Below, piece after piece: positions 7,813-17,832 of a DNA stretch of 64,000 nucleotides; position 1 is the first letter of the stretch, and each line of letters starts with the position of its first letter. Made by a program: the position numbers and the translations under genes. The stretch is from an uncultured Methanosarcinales archaeon (GTDB lineage: Archaea > Nanobdellota > Nanobdellia > Woesearchaeales > GW2011-AR9): the NCBI GenBank assembly GCA_964343575.1, contig CAYFJV010000002.1, positions 395,809-459,808 of the forward strand, read 5' to 3'. Under the pieces are notes generated by a model. The model ran no database searches. It was not told where the DNA came from and saw nothing but the letters and a program-made list of their open reading frames with translations.

Positions 7813-10131
7813 ATGGTAGATACTAATAAGCAGGTCAAAGCTTGTTTTGCCTTTGAGACTTATCACGAAGGAGAGAACAAAGTTTTGAAGGTTGCTATGG
7901 AAGAGTGTACTTTTCCTCCTTCTTTGGAGTACAGTGAGCGTTGCATGGGGAAGCTTATTGACATTCTGCTTAAGGTTTCGGGAATCACTACCATTGTTCT
8001 TTCTCAGCAACGTGAATACGAGTATGATTATCCACAAGTAATGATGCTTCAAGAGCTTGCAAGTCTTTTCAAAAAGCTGAACCATGAAGAGCGTTATCAG
8101 TATAACAAAATTGTGCTTGATCCTTTACATGAGCGTTATATTCGATCAAGTTTTGCTAAGTTTCAGCGCATTGTTTCTAAAGAACTTAAAGAAGATCCTT
8201 TAGCAGCTTATGTGTCTCTTAAGCGACTTGAGCGAAGAGAGAAAGAAAAACTTCACAATCTTGTTGATCAAAGGCATCAACAAAGTCAAGAGAAATTTGT
8301 TGCTATGCTTTTGCAAGCCTTGCATTTGGTAGAAGAGCTGCAAATTATTCAAAGTCTTTTACCTCATCTACGAGAGTACAAACATAGAGAGAGAAGTTTG
8401 TATGGGCTTGTCTTGCATCCTCTTACTCGGCCAGACTTTATGTACACCAAGTTGAACAGTGAGTTTCCTGAAAACGGAGAATTGCTTGAGAGTTATTCTT
8501 TTGGCCCGGAGAAGGAGAAGGTGGAAGTGAACATTTTTGGTTTTGAAGATAGTATCAAGAATGTTTATCATGTAACTCCTCCAGAGATGCGCTTGGGAGA
8601 AGAGGAGTATGAACTTCTTGATGATGCAAAGAGGATTCTTTCCGAGCACAAGCCAAGCCGAGAAGAATTTGTTGATCCAGAACGTATGCGTGAGGTGTTT
8701 TTTAACATAGGAAAAGATTTACTTCAAGATCTTGCAAAACATAAAGAGTTGCGCATGAGCGAGAAGAAAACAGAAATTCTTGCTCGTGCATTGTTGCGGT
8801 ACACTATAGGTTTTGGACTGATTGAAATTTTGCTCACTGATCCTAAGATTCAGGATGTGAACATTAACAGCCCTAATGGGAACTTACCGATTTTCATTGT
8901 GCATCAAGATTATGGTGACTGTGATACCAATGTCTATCCAACGCCAGCTGAGGTTGATAGTTGGGCAACAAAACTTCGTTTGTTGTCAGGAAGACCACTT
9001 GATGAAGCAAATCCAATTCTTGATACTGAAATCACTACAGCAAACTTTACTGCAAGGGTTTCAGCGGTCACTGCACCACTTGATCCTTTTGGGATGGGCT
9101 TTTCTTTTCGTCGCCACAGAGATCATCCTTGGACTTTTCCTCTTTACATACAGCCAAAGATTCGCATGATGAACTCACTTGCTGCTGGGCTGCTTAGTTT
9201 TCTTATTGATGGAAACGTTTCTTTACTCATTGCTGGGACGAGAAGCAGTGGAAAGAGTAGTTTTTTGGGGAGCGTGCTGGTTGAGATTATGCGACGTTAT
9301 CGTATCATTACTATTGAAGACACTTTAGAGTTGCCAAACCATTCTCTTCGCAAGCTTGGCTATAATGTTGAGTCACTCAAGGTGGGCTCAGCTTTGAGTA
9401 TTCAAAAGGGTTCAGAAGTTGATGCAAGCATTGGTATTCGAAGTACGCTTCGGCTTGGAGATAGTGCCTTGTTTGTTGGAGAAGTTCGAAGTAAGGAAGC
9501 TATTAGCTTGTATGAAGCAATGCGAGTTGGTGCTGCAGCAAATGTTGTTGCTGGGACCATTCATGCAGCTTCTCCTTATGGAGTTTATGATAGGGTGGTA
9601 AATGATATTGGTGTTCCTAAAACTTCCTTTAAAGCAACAGATATTATTGTGATTACTAACCCGGTAAGGAGCGCTTCTGGGATTAAAAAGCTGAAACGGG
9701 TGCTGCGTATCACTGAAATTAGGAAGGAATGGGAAAACGATCCGCTTGCTGAGGCTGCTTTTGTAGATTTGATGGTGTATAACCCGAAGACTGATGAGTT
9801 AGAGGTTACTAAAGATTTGATGAATGGAAACTCTGATATTTTGAAGCGTATTGCAGGAAGCATTCCTGACTTTGCAGGCGATTGGAACGCTGTTTGGGAA
9901 AATATCTTGCTTCGAGGGGATTGTAAGCAAGCAATTGTAGATGCTTCGGTGGAAGCTGAGAATCCCGATATGTTGGAAGCAGAGTTTGTGATTCGAGCAA
10001 ATGATAAGTTTCATCTTTTGAGTGATCAAGTAAAGCAAGAGACCGGAACTCTTGATCCTAAGCGTATTTTCTTTTTGTATAAAGAGTGGCTTCGAAAAGA
10101 GACGAAGAAGTACAAAAAGGGGCCCGTGTAG
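7813..10131 (+). CDS. type II/IV secretion system ATPase (archaeal FlaI/PilB/VirB11 family) with a roughly 250-aa N-terminal extension
   Basis: Walker A GTRSSGKSS, FlaI-like core (TIEDT.EL, GEVR), 772 aa; adjacent to a FlaJ/TadC-like gene. Confidence 0.8.
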   Translation: MVDTNKQVKACFAFETYHEGENKVLKVAMEECTFPPSLEYSERCMGKLIDILLKVSGITTIVLSQQREYEYDYPQVMMLQELASLFKKLNHEERYQYNKIVLDPLHERYIRSSFAKFQRIVSKELKEDPLAAYVSLKRLERREKEKLHNLVDQRHQQSQEKFVAMLLQALHLVEELQIIQSLLPHLREYKHRERSLYGLVLHPLTRPDFMYTKLNSEFPENGELLESYSFGPEKEKVEVNIFGFEDSIKNVYHVTPPEMRLGEEEYELLDDAKRILSEHKPSREEFVDPERMREVFFNIGKDLLQDLAKHKELRMSEKKTEILARALLRYTIGFGLIEILLTDPKIQDVNINSPNGNLPIFIVHQDYGDCDTNVYPTPAEVDSWATKLRLLSGRPLDEANPILDTEITTANFTARVSAVTAPLDPFGMGFSFRRHRDHPWTFPLYIQPKIRMMNSLAAGLLSFLIDGNVSLLIAGTRSSGKSSFLGSVLVEIMRRYRIITIEDTLELPNHSLRKLGYNVESLKVGSALSIQKGSEVDASIGIRSTLRLGDSALFVGEVRSKEAISLYEAMRVGAAANVVAGTIHAASPYGVYDRVVNDIGVPKTSFKATDIIVITNPVRSASGIKKLKRVLRITEIRKEWENDPLAEAAFVDLMVYNPKTDELEVTKDLMNGNSDILKRIAGSIPDFAGDWNAVWENILLRGDCKQAIVDASVEAENPDMLEAEFVIRANDKFHLLSDQVKQETGTLDPKRIFFLYKEWLRKETKKYKKGPV

Positions 10132-10184
10132 GGGCTGCAAGGTAAGTTTTTATACTCAAGAATATTGTTTTTAGCTGTTTTAGG

Positions 10185-12401
10185 GTGAAGATGAGTGTGG
10201 ATCCTTGCGTGGGAAAAAAGAGAATGACAGATGCCTATCAAGACTTGATTGTCAAGTACAAAGAAAAAATCAAGCAAGAGTTTGGAGAACAAGCAGCTAA
10301 CCCTGCAAATCCTCGAAACAAAATTAGTTCTACTGAGTACGAACAGTTCAAACAAGAACTTTTTCCTACCCATTACTCTCTTTATGAGAAAGCCTGTAAC
10401 TATTCTGAGCAACTTTTCAAGATGAAGGTGGGAGGAAAACAGGCAGAGAAGATTCAGAAGTATCTTGATGTTTGCCACCTTAATGTTACTCCTTCTGGAG
10501 TTGTTGCTCTCTCTTTTGTACTTCCTCTTTTGCTTATGTTCTTTGGATCAATTATTTCCTTTATTGTCTTTCAAATGTTCTTTTTTGTCATCTTTTTTAT
10601 GGTGGCTGGACTTTTGCTGATTCCTGCGCTTCAAAAAGTTCCTGAATTTTTGGGAAACTCTTGGAGAATGAAAGCTAGTAACCAAATGGTACAAAGTATC
10701 TTTTATTTGGTAACTTACATGCGTCATACTTCTAACTTAGAGCGAGCAGTGGAGTTTGCAGCAGAGCATCTGAGCCCCCCTCTTTCTCTTGATTTTCGAA
10801 AGATTTTGTGGGATACTGAGACTGCAACTTATCCCAACATTCGTGCAGCAGCAGATGCTTATTTAGAATCTTGGAAAGAATGGGACAAAGATTTTGTTGA
10901 AGCATTTCATTTGATTGAAGCCTCTTTGTTTGAGCCTTCTGAGGAACGTAGACTCACACTTCTTGACAAGTCCCTTGATGTTATTTTGGATGGTACTTAT
11001 GAGAATATGTTACAGTATGCACACAGCTTGAAAAATCCAATGATGATGCTTAACATGCTTGGTATTGTGCTTCCTATCTTGGGTTTAGTTATCTTACCTC
11101 TGGTAGTGAGTTTTATGAGCGGAGATGAGACCAGTGCGTTTACAATGGCTGTCTACATTGCAACGCTTTACAATGTGACCTTGCCAATTTCTGTTTATTA
11201 TCTTGGAAAAGTGATTCTTTCTAAAAGACCGGCTGGTTATGGCCATGAAGATATTGCAAAGCAAGGGCCACTTAAAAGGCTTCAAAATGTTATTGTTCCG
11301 ATCACAAGTAGTTTTAAAATTGCAATAAATCCTCTCTACTTTAGCCTCACCATTCTTATGATTACTTTTGCCATTGGTTTTAGTCCGCTTCTTTTGCACA
11401 TGCTTAATCCAACTTTTGATATCCAAAACGCTGATGGAACCATGCAGTTTTTAGGCTATATTTGTGGTCCCACAACTCCTAATTGTTCTCCTTCTGAGAT
11501 GATTGGACCTTATGGACTTGGTGCATCGCTTCTCTCTTTAGTAGTTATTGCTGGACTTGGTTTGGCAATTGGATCTTATTACTCTTTGCGCTCGAAGAAT
11601 GTCATTAAGATACGAACGAGAACAAAACAGCTTGAGGAAGAATTTTCTTCTGCGCTTTTTCAGCTTGGTAACCGCTTAGGAGATGGTCTTCCAGCAGAGA
11701 TTGCTTTTGGTAAAGTTGCTCAGACCATGAAAGGCTCGACTTCAGGAAACTTTTTTGCAGTTGCTGAGAAGAATATTACTACGCTTGGTATGGGTCTTGA
11801 AGAAGCTCTTTTTGATCGAAAAGTAGGAGCAGTTGTGCAGTTTCCAAGTAAAGTAATCGAATCTTCTATGAAAGTATTGATTGAGAGTAGTAAGCGAGGA
11901 CCACGCATAGCTGCGCAAGCGCTTCTTTCCATGTCACGTTATATTAAAGAGATCCATCGTGTTGAAGAACGTCTTAAAGATTTAATGGCAGAAATTGTTG
12001 GAAGTATGAAATCTCAGGTAAATTTTTTGACACCAGCCATTGCTGGAATTGTGGTTGGAATTACTTCTATGATCTCTTTAGTTTTGACAAAGTTGAGTGG
12101 ACAGTTGGCGCAATATAGTGATGCTGGCGCAAATGCAGGCTTTGCAGACATGCTCACCATCTTTGGTGTAGGAATTCCTACTTTTCACTTTCAGATCATT
12201 GTAGGGGTTTACATTGTGCAGCTAGCTTACATTTTGACGGTGCTTGCTAATGGTATTGAGAATGGTGCAGATAAGTTAGGAGAGCGTTACGAACTGGGAA
12301 AGGCAATGACCAGAAGTACTTTGCTCTATTGCTTTATTGCGGGTTTTGTGATTTTACTTTTTAATATGTTTGCTGGAGCGGTGTTGATAAACACTCTTTG
12401 A
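10185..12401 (+). CDS. archaeal pilus/archaellum assembly platform membrane protein (FlaJ/TadC, T2SS-F domain family)
   Basis: 738-aa polytopic membrane protein immediately downstream of the secretion ATPase; organisation matches the duplicated T2SSF domain layout. Confidence 0.7.
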   Translation: MKMSVDPCVGKKRMTDAYQDLIVKYKEKIKQEFGEQAANPANPRNKISSTEYEQFKQELFPTHYSLYEKACNYSEQLFKMKVGGKQAEKIQKYLDVCHLNVTPSGVVALSFVLPLLLMFFGSIISFIVFQMFFFVIFFMVAGLLLIPALQKVPEFLGNSWRMKASNQMVQSIFYLVTYMRHTSNLERAVEFAAEHLSPPLSLDFRKILWDTETATYPNIRAAADAYLESWKEWDKDFVEAFHLIEASLFEPSEERRLTLLDKSLDVILDGTYENMLQYAHSLKNPMMMLNMLGIVLPILGLVILPLVVSFMSGDETSAFTMAVYIATLYNVTLPISVYYLGKVILSKRPAGYGHEDIAKQGPLKRLQNVIVPITSSFKIAINPLYFSLTILMITFAIGFSPLLLHMLNPTFDIQNADGTMQFLGYICGPTTPNCSPSEMIGPYGLGASLLSLVVIAGLGLAIGSYYSLRSKNVIKIRTRTKQLEEEFSSALFQLGNRLGDGLPAEIAFGKVAQTMKGSTSGNFFAVAEKNITTLGMGLEEALFDRKVGAVVQFPSKVIESSMKVLIESSKRGPRIAAQALLSMSRYIKEIHRVEERLKDLMAEIVGSMKSQVNFLTPAIAGIVVGITSMISLVLTKLSGQLAQYSDAGANAGFADMLTIFGVGIPTFHFQIIVGVYIVQLAYILTVLANGIENGADKLGERYELGKAMTRSTLLYCFIAGFVILLFNMFAGAVLINTL

Positions 12402-12525
12402 TTTGGGAAAAAGGAGGGGGCGCACCCATTTAAAAAGAATTTTTGTTAATAAATCTGGGCATTTATTATGCATTTGTGGTATTTGCATAATGTTTTTAAA
12501 CTGGTGTGGTGGGTGAAGTGCTAAG

Positions 12526-12774
12526 GTGGGTTTGGAGAATCTTGTAGAAGATTTTGTAACAGGGGCATCGCATTTATATTATGGCCCTTACGGAAATTAT
12601 GCTATTGCTCTAACTGCAGCAGTGCTTGCCTCGCAAGTTGTTTACGGTATTGGTGCTTATCGTCAACTAAGAGAAGAAGGAGAGATTAAAGGAACTGGAC
12701 TTTGCTTTGCTCTCAATCCTGTTGGTGCTGGTGCTGCTTATCTTTGTCATTATCTTCATGGAGATAAAAGTTAA
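12526..12774 (+). CDS. small hypothetical membrane protein
   Basis: 82-aa ORF with hydrophobic segments; an inverted repeat lies in its upstream region. Confidence 0.3.
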   Translation: MGLENLVEDFVTGASHLYYGPYGNYAIALTAAVLASQVVYGIGAYRQLREEGEIKGTGLCFALNPVGAGAAYLCHYLHGDKS

Positions 12775-13535
12775 ATATAGCTGGGAACTATGGGTCTTCC
12801 AGCTTCCTTTTCTTCTAGGCGAGCAGAAACAGTTCTAAAGTCAGTTGTGTAAAGCTCAAAAAGAAAGGGGTATGCTTCAGAAGGGAGCGCAGTTCTTCTT
12901 CTTTCTCTTACTTCAAAGAGTCTCTTAAACTTGTCAATGACAAGTGTGCAAAAGGGAGCCAAAAAAAGGTTGGCCCCGATAAGATAGGGAAGTGCATCCA
13001 TTGTTTTTTCAGGAGGAACTCCCATTATTTCGTTAACAAGAGGATAAACTACTGCTGTGAAAGCCGCTCCACTTAATCTATCTGCTAAATTAAGCCTAGT
13101 TGGTTCGAAACAATCAAGCACAGTTTCTCTTGCCGCAATTTCCTCTCTTGTAACTCCAAAAGCTCCCCTAATTACTTTATTAAAAGCGTTGTAGACAATT
13201 CCCGATGGAATATAACTGAGTAATGCTCCTGCGCGACTTCTCAACATCTCTGGCAAAGAAAAACCCTTCGCTAACTCTAGTCCTCCAAAGGCAATGCCAT
13301 AAAAAACGGCGCTACCAGCAATTGCAGCAGCATTATCTTTCGCGACGTTAAGTGGATCTTTTCTGATATCATCCAAAGTTCCAATAGCGTATACGAAAGG
13401 AACTACTGCCCAATCTTGTCCCCAATGACAAGCCTCTTTTGCAATTGTTCTGGGGCCTATTACGGCAGCAGTTGCAGAAAGGTTAGCTGCAACATTTGGA
13501 TCTACAGGTTGATTTAACAGCTCATCTAAAGACAT
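12771..13535 (-). CDS. hypothetical protein
   Basis: 254-aa ORF, no recognised motif. Confidence 0.45.
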   Translation of the reverse strand: MSLDELLNQPVDPNVAANLSATAAVIGPRTIAKEACHWGQDWAVVPFVYAIGTLDDIRKDPLNVAKDNAAAIAGSAVFYGIAFGGLELAKGFSLPEMLRSRAGALLSYIPSGIVYNAFNKVIRGAFGVTREEIAARETVLDCFEPTRLNLADRLSGAAFTAVVYPLVNEIMGVPPEKTMDALPYLIGANLFLAPFCTLVIDKFKRLFEVRERRRTALPSEAYPFLFELYTTDFRTVSARLEEKEAGRPIVPSYI

Positions 13536-13707
13536 TGGTGGTTTTCCTCAATAAACACATCTACCAACCACTAGTCACAAGAACGCCAAACTATTGGGAA
13601 CACAGTAACATTTCTTTCAGAAAGTGTTTTTTTTATAAACTTTTTGCGAGATCTTTCACTCAAGATTAGTGAAATAGAAAAAGGAGTAATAAAGAAATTT
13701 AGAAAAG

Positions 13708-13817
13708 TGGGGCTGCAGGGATTTGAACCCTGAACACCTAGATTTCAAAAACATTCACAAAAATTAGCGAATGCGCCTACTTCAGTCTAGTGCTCTTCCA
13801 GATTGAGCTACAGCCCC
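13708..13817 (-). tRNA. tRNA-Phe (anticodon GAA) with an intron of about 36 nt at the canonical 37/38 position
   Basis: Manual fold: acceptor GGGGCTG/CAGCCCC, D arm GCTC/GAGC, anticodon stem CTAGA/TCTAG, loop CU-GAA-G, T arm CAGGG-TTCAAAT-CCCTG, discriminator A. 43 nt lie between the anticodon-stem strands, which equals 7 loop nt plus about 36 intron nt. Confidence 0.65.
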
Positions 13818-13923
13818 AAAAGCCACAGCTTAAGCAGGGAAGACCCCTAACCCATTTATAAGCATTGTGGTGGAAGTCAAATAAGCAAGAGAGAAAGAAA
13901 AAAGAAAAAATAAGAGGCCAATT

Positions 13924-16533
13924 TTATTCTGAGCAACTCTTGTACATCTGCCCGTTCTCGTCAATCTTGAGTGTACAAGAAGAACCGGTGCTTGCTTCCA
14001 TGCTTTCTGAGGATGGAGTAACCACAGTCTCAGAGACAGACATCGTACTTGTTTGAACTCCTTGCTCAACAGATCCTTGAGCAACTGCAACACTTACTGT
14101 TGTTTGGGAAACTGAGGTTTCTGAAGAAGAAACTGCCTCAGCATCTCCTGCAGCAGAGCTCGCTGCATTCTTTTGCTCAGTTGCCTCGTCTGTAGTAAGC
14201 ACTTGTTCATAACGACAGTTATCTCGGTAGATGGTGACTCCCTTACAGCCAAGTTTGTAAGCCTCTTCGTAGAGCTCCTTGGTTTCTTCTACAGTAAAGT
14301 CTTCTGGAGCGTTTGCAGTTTTAGAAATGCTACTGTCTGTCCAGCGTTGCACCGCCGCCTGTACTTTAATGTGGTCAAGCGGAGTCATCTGCATTGCTGT
14401 AATGAAGTACTCTGGAAGGTTTCCTTCAGCATCTTGGTATTTCTCTGCAAGTGGAATTTTTACCTTATGAAAACCAAGTCTACTTTGCCTGAAAAACTCA
14501 AAAGCGTAGTAAGGTTCAATCCCAGTAGAAGTTCCAAGCATAGTCCCTACAGTTCCAGTGGGTGCTTGCGTGGTTAAAGTGACATTACGAATCCCTTTCT
14601 CACGTACCTGTTGGCGAACGTCTTCTGGCAGGGTTCTCATAAAGCCGCTTTCTAAGAATTTCTCGGCAACAAATTCAGGGAAAGCTCCTTTCTCTGCTGC
14701 AAGTTCAGCTGAAGCTTTGTACATCTCGCTACAAATTGCTTCGTAAATTTTGTCAACGACTTGTAGGCTTTCTGGACTTCCGTATCGTAGACGTAATTTG
14801 ATTAACATTTCTCCTAAACCAAGAGTTCCTCCGCCAACCCTTCGCTCACTCATTTGATTATCTTCGTTAGCTTTGAAATGATATGGTGTTGCATCAATAA
14901 CATTGTCTAGGAAACGAGTAAGCACTCTTGCTGCTTTGCGTAGTTCTTCCCAATTGATTTCGTAGAGTGGTCCTTGCTCGTCTTGACCAATTTGCTTAAG
15001 GAAAGAAGCAAGATACAAGTGACCTAAGTTACAAACTCCCCAACCAGGTAATCCTTGTTCTCCACAAGGGTTAGTACAAATGATTGGATTAAAGTACCAA
15101 GAGTTACTCATTTTGTTATAACGCTCCATGAAAACAACTCCTGGTTCTGCACTTGCGTGAGCGCTACTAATGATTTGGTCCCAAAGATCTTTTGCTCGAA
15201 CAGTATTGAACACTTTAGTAGGATAGCCTTTCTGTTTCCAAGCATCTAAGCTTCCATCCCACTCTGCATTGTAGACTTCTTTTTCAACTGCTTCGTAATC
15301 TGGAAATTCTAAAGGCCAGTCTCCATCACGAGCAAGAGTTTCCATAAATTTGTCAGAAACAAGAACAGAAACATTAGCATTCTCAAGTACGCCTTTTTTA
15401 CGTTTAGCAGTGATAAACTCAAGCACATCTGGGTGCCAATCGTGTAGCATGAGCATTAATGCTCCTCGACGACTTCCTCCTTGCTCAATAAGACCAGTTC
15501 CATAAGAATAGATCCCCCCCCAAGATACAGCCCCAGATGATTTTCCATGTACTCCTCGAACATAGGCGTATCGTGGACGTAGGCTAGATAAATTGATACC
15601 AACTCCTCCGCCCCGACTAAAAATCTCGGTCATTTGGTAAAGTGTTCCTTTAATGATTCCTTCTCTACTATCTTTTGGACTTGGAAGCACGTAGCAATTG
15701 AAGAGAGTAAGATTTTTTACGTAGGAAGTATCGCCTTTATCATTTGCTCCAGTCATAATTCTTCCAGCAGGTTGAATGTGTTTTTTCTGAAGCTGTTCAT
15801 AAAACTCTGCTGCCCACTTCTCTTGTAACTCTTCAGTCTTTTCTACCTTTGCAATTCCTTTAGCAACCCTCTTGTGTGCATCTTTGATAGATTCAAGGGG
15901 TTTGTCACATTTCCAAAGAGATTGAGTGAACTCAAAGTTATTCGCCTCATCAGCGTAAAGTCCAGTAATCATATGTAAGGTGACTTGATCTCCTACAATT
16001 GATTTTACAATCCCTAAGTCTTTTTTAGGATATTTTGGGTCTTCTTTACTAATCACTACTAGAAGATCCCCTCGATCAATGTGCTTTCTTTTTGCTTTTA
16101 GAGAGTATCGATCTAGAAAGATAGAACGACCAAGTTCATCAAAGGCAGTTGATTCTTCTAGAATTTTGTTTGCTTGTTCAGAAAGGTAAATACTGTGCTC
16201 AGCAAGATGAAGAAGATCTTTATTTTGGCTTTGTTGCTCCTGGCTTGGCTTGGTGTTTTCGGTGCCGTGTTGAGAAGTGTTTGCACTTTCCCCTTTCATC
16301 TTTTGTTGGATGGCCATGTCAATGAGACATTCAAAGACTTCTACTGCTGGAATTGTGTGGGAGAATTTCTCTGAGATAAGAGATATAATCGCTGTTGCAG
16401 CGTTTTGAGCTTCTTGCTCAGAATATTCTCCTTGCTCTAAAAGTCTTCGAGCAATGGCAGCACCGGTCTCAGCGCTGTTAAAATCAATAATAGAACCGTC
16501 TTTTTTTCTTACTTGACTAATCATATCTACCAC
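13924..16533 (-). CDS. nrdJ: ribonucleoside-triphosphate/diphosphate reductase, class II (adenosylcobalamin-dependent) with an N-terminal ATP-cone and a Ser/Thr/Val-rich low-complexity C-terminal tail
   Basis: ATP-cone-like N-terminus; active-site region ICTNPCGEQ (Cys/Glu of the class I/II RNR finger loop); 869 aa. Confidence 0.8.
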   Translation of the reverse strand: MVDMISQVRKKDGSIIDFNSAETGAAIARRLLEQGEYSEQEAQNAATAIISLISEKFSHTIPAVEVFECLIDMAIQQKMKGESANTSQHGTENTKPSQEQQSQNKDLLHLAEHSIYLSEQANKILEESTAFDELGRSIFLDRYSLKAKRKHIDRGDLLVVISKEDPKYPKKDLGIVKSIVGDQVTLHMITGLYADEANNFEFTQSLWKCDKPLESIKDAHKRVAKGIAKVEKTEELQEKWAAEFYEQLQKKHIQPAGRIMTGANDKGDTSYVKNLTLFNCYVLPSPKDSREGIIKGTLYQMTEIFSRGGGVGINLSSLRPRYAYVRGVHGKSSGAVSWGGIYSYGTGLIEQGGSRRGALMLMLHDWHPDVLEFITAKRKKGVLENANVSVLVSDKFMETLARDGDWPLEFPDYEAVEKEVYNAEWDGSLDAWKQKGYPTKVFNTVRAKDLWDQIISSAHASAEPGVVFMERYNKMSNSWYFNPIICTNPCGEQGLPGWGVCNLGHLYLASFLKQIGQDEQGPLYEINWEELRKAARVLTRFLDNVIDATPYHFKANEDNQMSERRVGGGTLGLGEMLIKLRLRYGSPESLQVVDKIYEAICSEMYKASAELAAEKGAFPEFVAEKFLESGFMRTLPEDVRQQVREKGIRNVTLTTQAPTGTVGTMLGTSTGIEPYYAFEFFRQSRLGFHKVKIPLAEKYQDAEGNLPEYFITAMQMTPLDHIKVQAAVQRWTDSSISKTANAPEDFTVEETKELYEEAYKLGCKGVTIYRDNCRYEQVLTTDEATEQKNAASSAAGDAEAVSSSETSVSQTTVSVAVAQGSVEQGVQTSTMSVSETVVTPSSESMEASTGSSCTLKIDENGQMYKSCSE

Positions 16534-16877
16534 CCCATATAGTTAAGTACAAAAGCCTGATGAGCTAAAAGCATCAAGCAAATCAAGAGAAGAGAATTGG
16601 TCTTCACCGATTTATATAGTTTTAAGTGTTGTAAACTATATTGCTTCTTTGTTGCTTTTTGATAGCTCTAAACTGCATTGTAAACTGTAATCCTCAGATA
16701 TTCCAAACTCTCAAAGAAGAGGGTTTGGATAGCAGAGTTGGAGAAGCTTCTTAAGCTTAAAACTTTCGCTACTCAGAAATTGAGTGAAAATTAATTTGTA
16801 GCTCAGTTTGTGAAAATTCTGGAAAAAGAAAAAGAATGTGGAAAATTAAGAAAAACCACAAAAGAAAAAAAGAAAAC

Positions 16878-17000
16878 TAACCCCTACACTTTTTACAGTA
16901 GTAGCGATTGGCATTCTCAATGGTCATCATGGTTGCACATCCCATGCATTTACGGCGAATTTTGTACTTCTCCACCACCTGAAAAACGTGTTGTTTCATA
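16878..17000 (-). CDS. rpl40e: small zinc-ribbon protein, ribosomal protein L40e-like (not in the supplied ORF track)
   Basis: 40-aa minus-strand ORF MKQHVFQVVEKYKIRRKCMGCATMMTIENANRYYCKKCRG. The pattern VF..K.C..C.A.N....C.KC resembles archaeal L40e. The supplied plus-strand ORF 16810..17001 is probably spurious. Confidence 0.45.
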
Positions 17001-17185
17001 ACACCCACCTACCTCTTTTTAACCACACCCCACCACAGGTAAGGATGCATGAGGAAGAACTAATTTATATAGTTTTCTGTAAAACAAGTGTTTTTTCCGT
17101 CGATAAACTGTTTTATTGAGAACCCTCTTTGTTAAATGCAATCTTTATTACTGAAGGACCTTTGTTTCCTGAGGAACAGTTTTAC

Positions 17186-17809
17186 TTAGAAGAAAAACAA
17201 AAAGTACACACCAATTGCGACCATTGCCAACCAGACATAACGGTTCCAATAAAGGATTTTCTTTCCATCAAAGTTGCCAAAAGGAATCATATTGAAGAGT
17301 CCCAACCACAAATTTATGTAAAAACCAAGCGTGAGGAAAGGAAAGCTAAGAGCGAGCCCGTAGAATATCAGTGCAAGAACGTAGTTTGTCAGTGGTCCTG
17401 CTAAGCTGATAATTCCGTTCTCTCGGTTTGTTACATGGCCGGCAATCATTACTGCGCCGGGTGCTGCGAAGAGAAAGCCGGTTAAGAAAGCCAAGCCCAT
17501 TGCAATGTAGAGCATTTGATCCATAGAGCGAAACTCTGCTGCGCAGCCATAATGTTGTGCTACAAACTTATGAGCAAGTTCATGAAGTAAGAATCCTAAG
17601 CCTGCAGTAAGTAGTGAAATAAGAAACATAAACAGGAAAGGTAGGGAGAAAACATTTGCAATGTTTCCTTGAGTTAGACTAACATTAGCAAAGACAAGTG
17701 CGAAAGCAAAAGAGATTGCTAACCAGGCTTTACTAATATCAATAAGTTCTAGTTGAGATGTTTTTACCGGCCCAAGTTTGATTGACTTATTTTTAGAGTA
17801 CATTTGCAT
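17186..17809 (-). CDS. site-2 protease family (peptidase M50) membrane zinc metalloprotease
   Basis: HELAH zinc-binding motif within a TM helix; downstream NMIPFGNFDGKKIL (the LDG motif of M50); polytopic. Confidence 0.8.
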   Translation of the reverse strand: MQMYSKNKSIKLGPVKTSQLELIDISKAWLAISFAFALVFANVSLTQGNIANVFSLPFLFMFLISLLTAGLGFLLHELAHKFVAQHYGCAAEFRSMDQMLYIAMGLAFLTGFLFAAPGAVMIAGHVTNRENGIISLAGPLTNYVLALIFYGLALSFPFLTLGFYINLWLGLFNMIPFGNFDGKKILYWNRYVWLAMVAIGVYFLFFF

Positions 17810-17832
17810 CTTCTTGTTTTACTTTTTTCTCT

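Noticed and set aside
16810-17001. Plus-strand ORF 16810..17001 (63 aa)
   Set aside because: The minus strand encodes a much more plausible conserved zinc-ribbon (L40e-like) peptide in the same interval.
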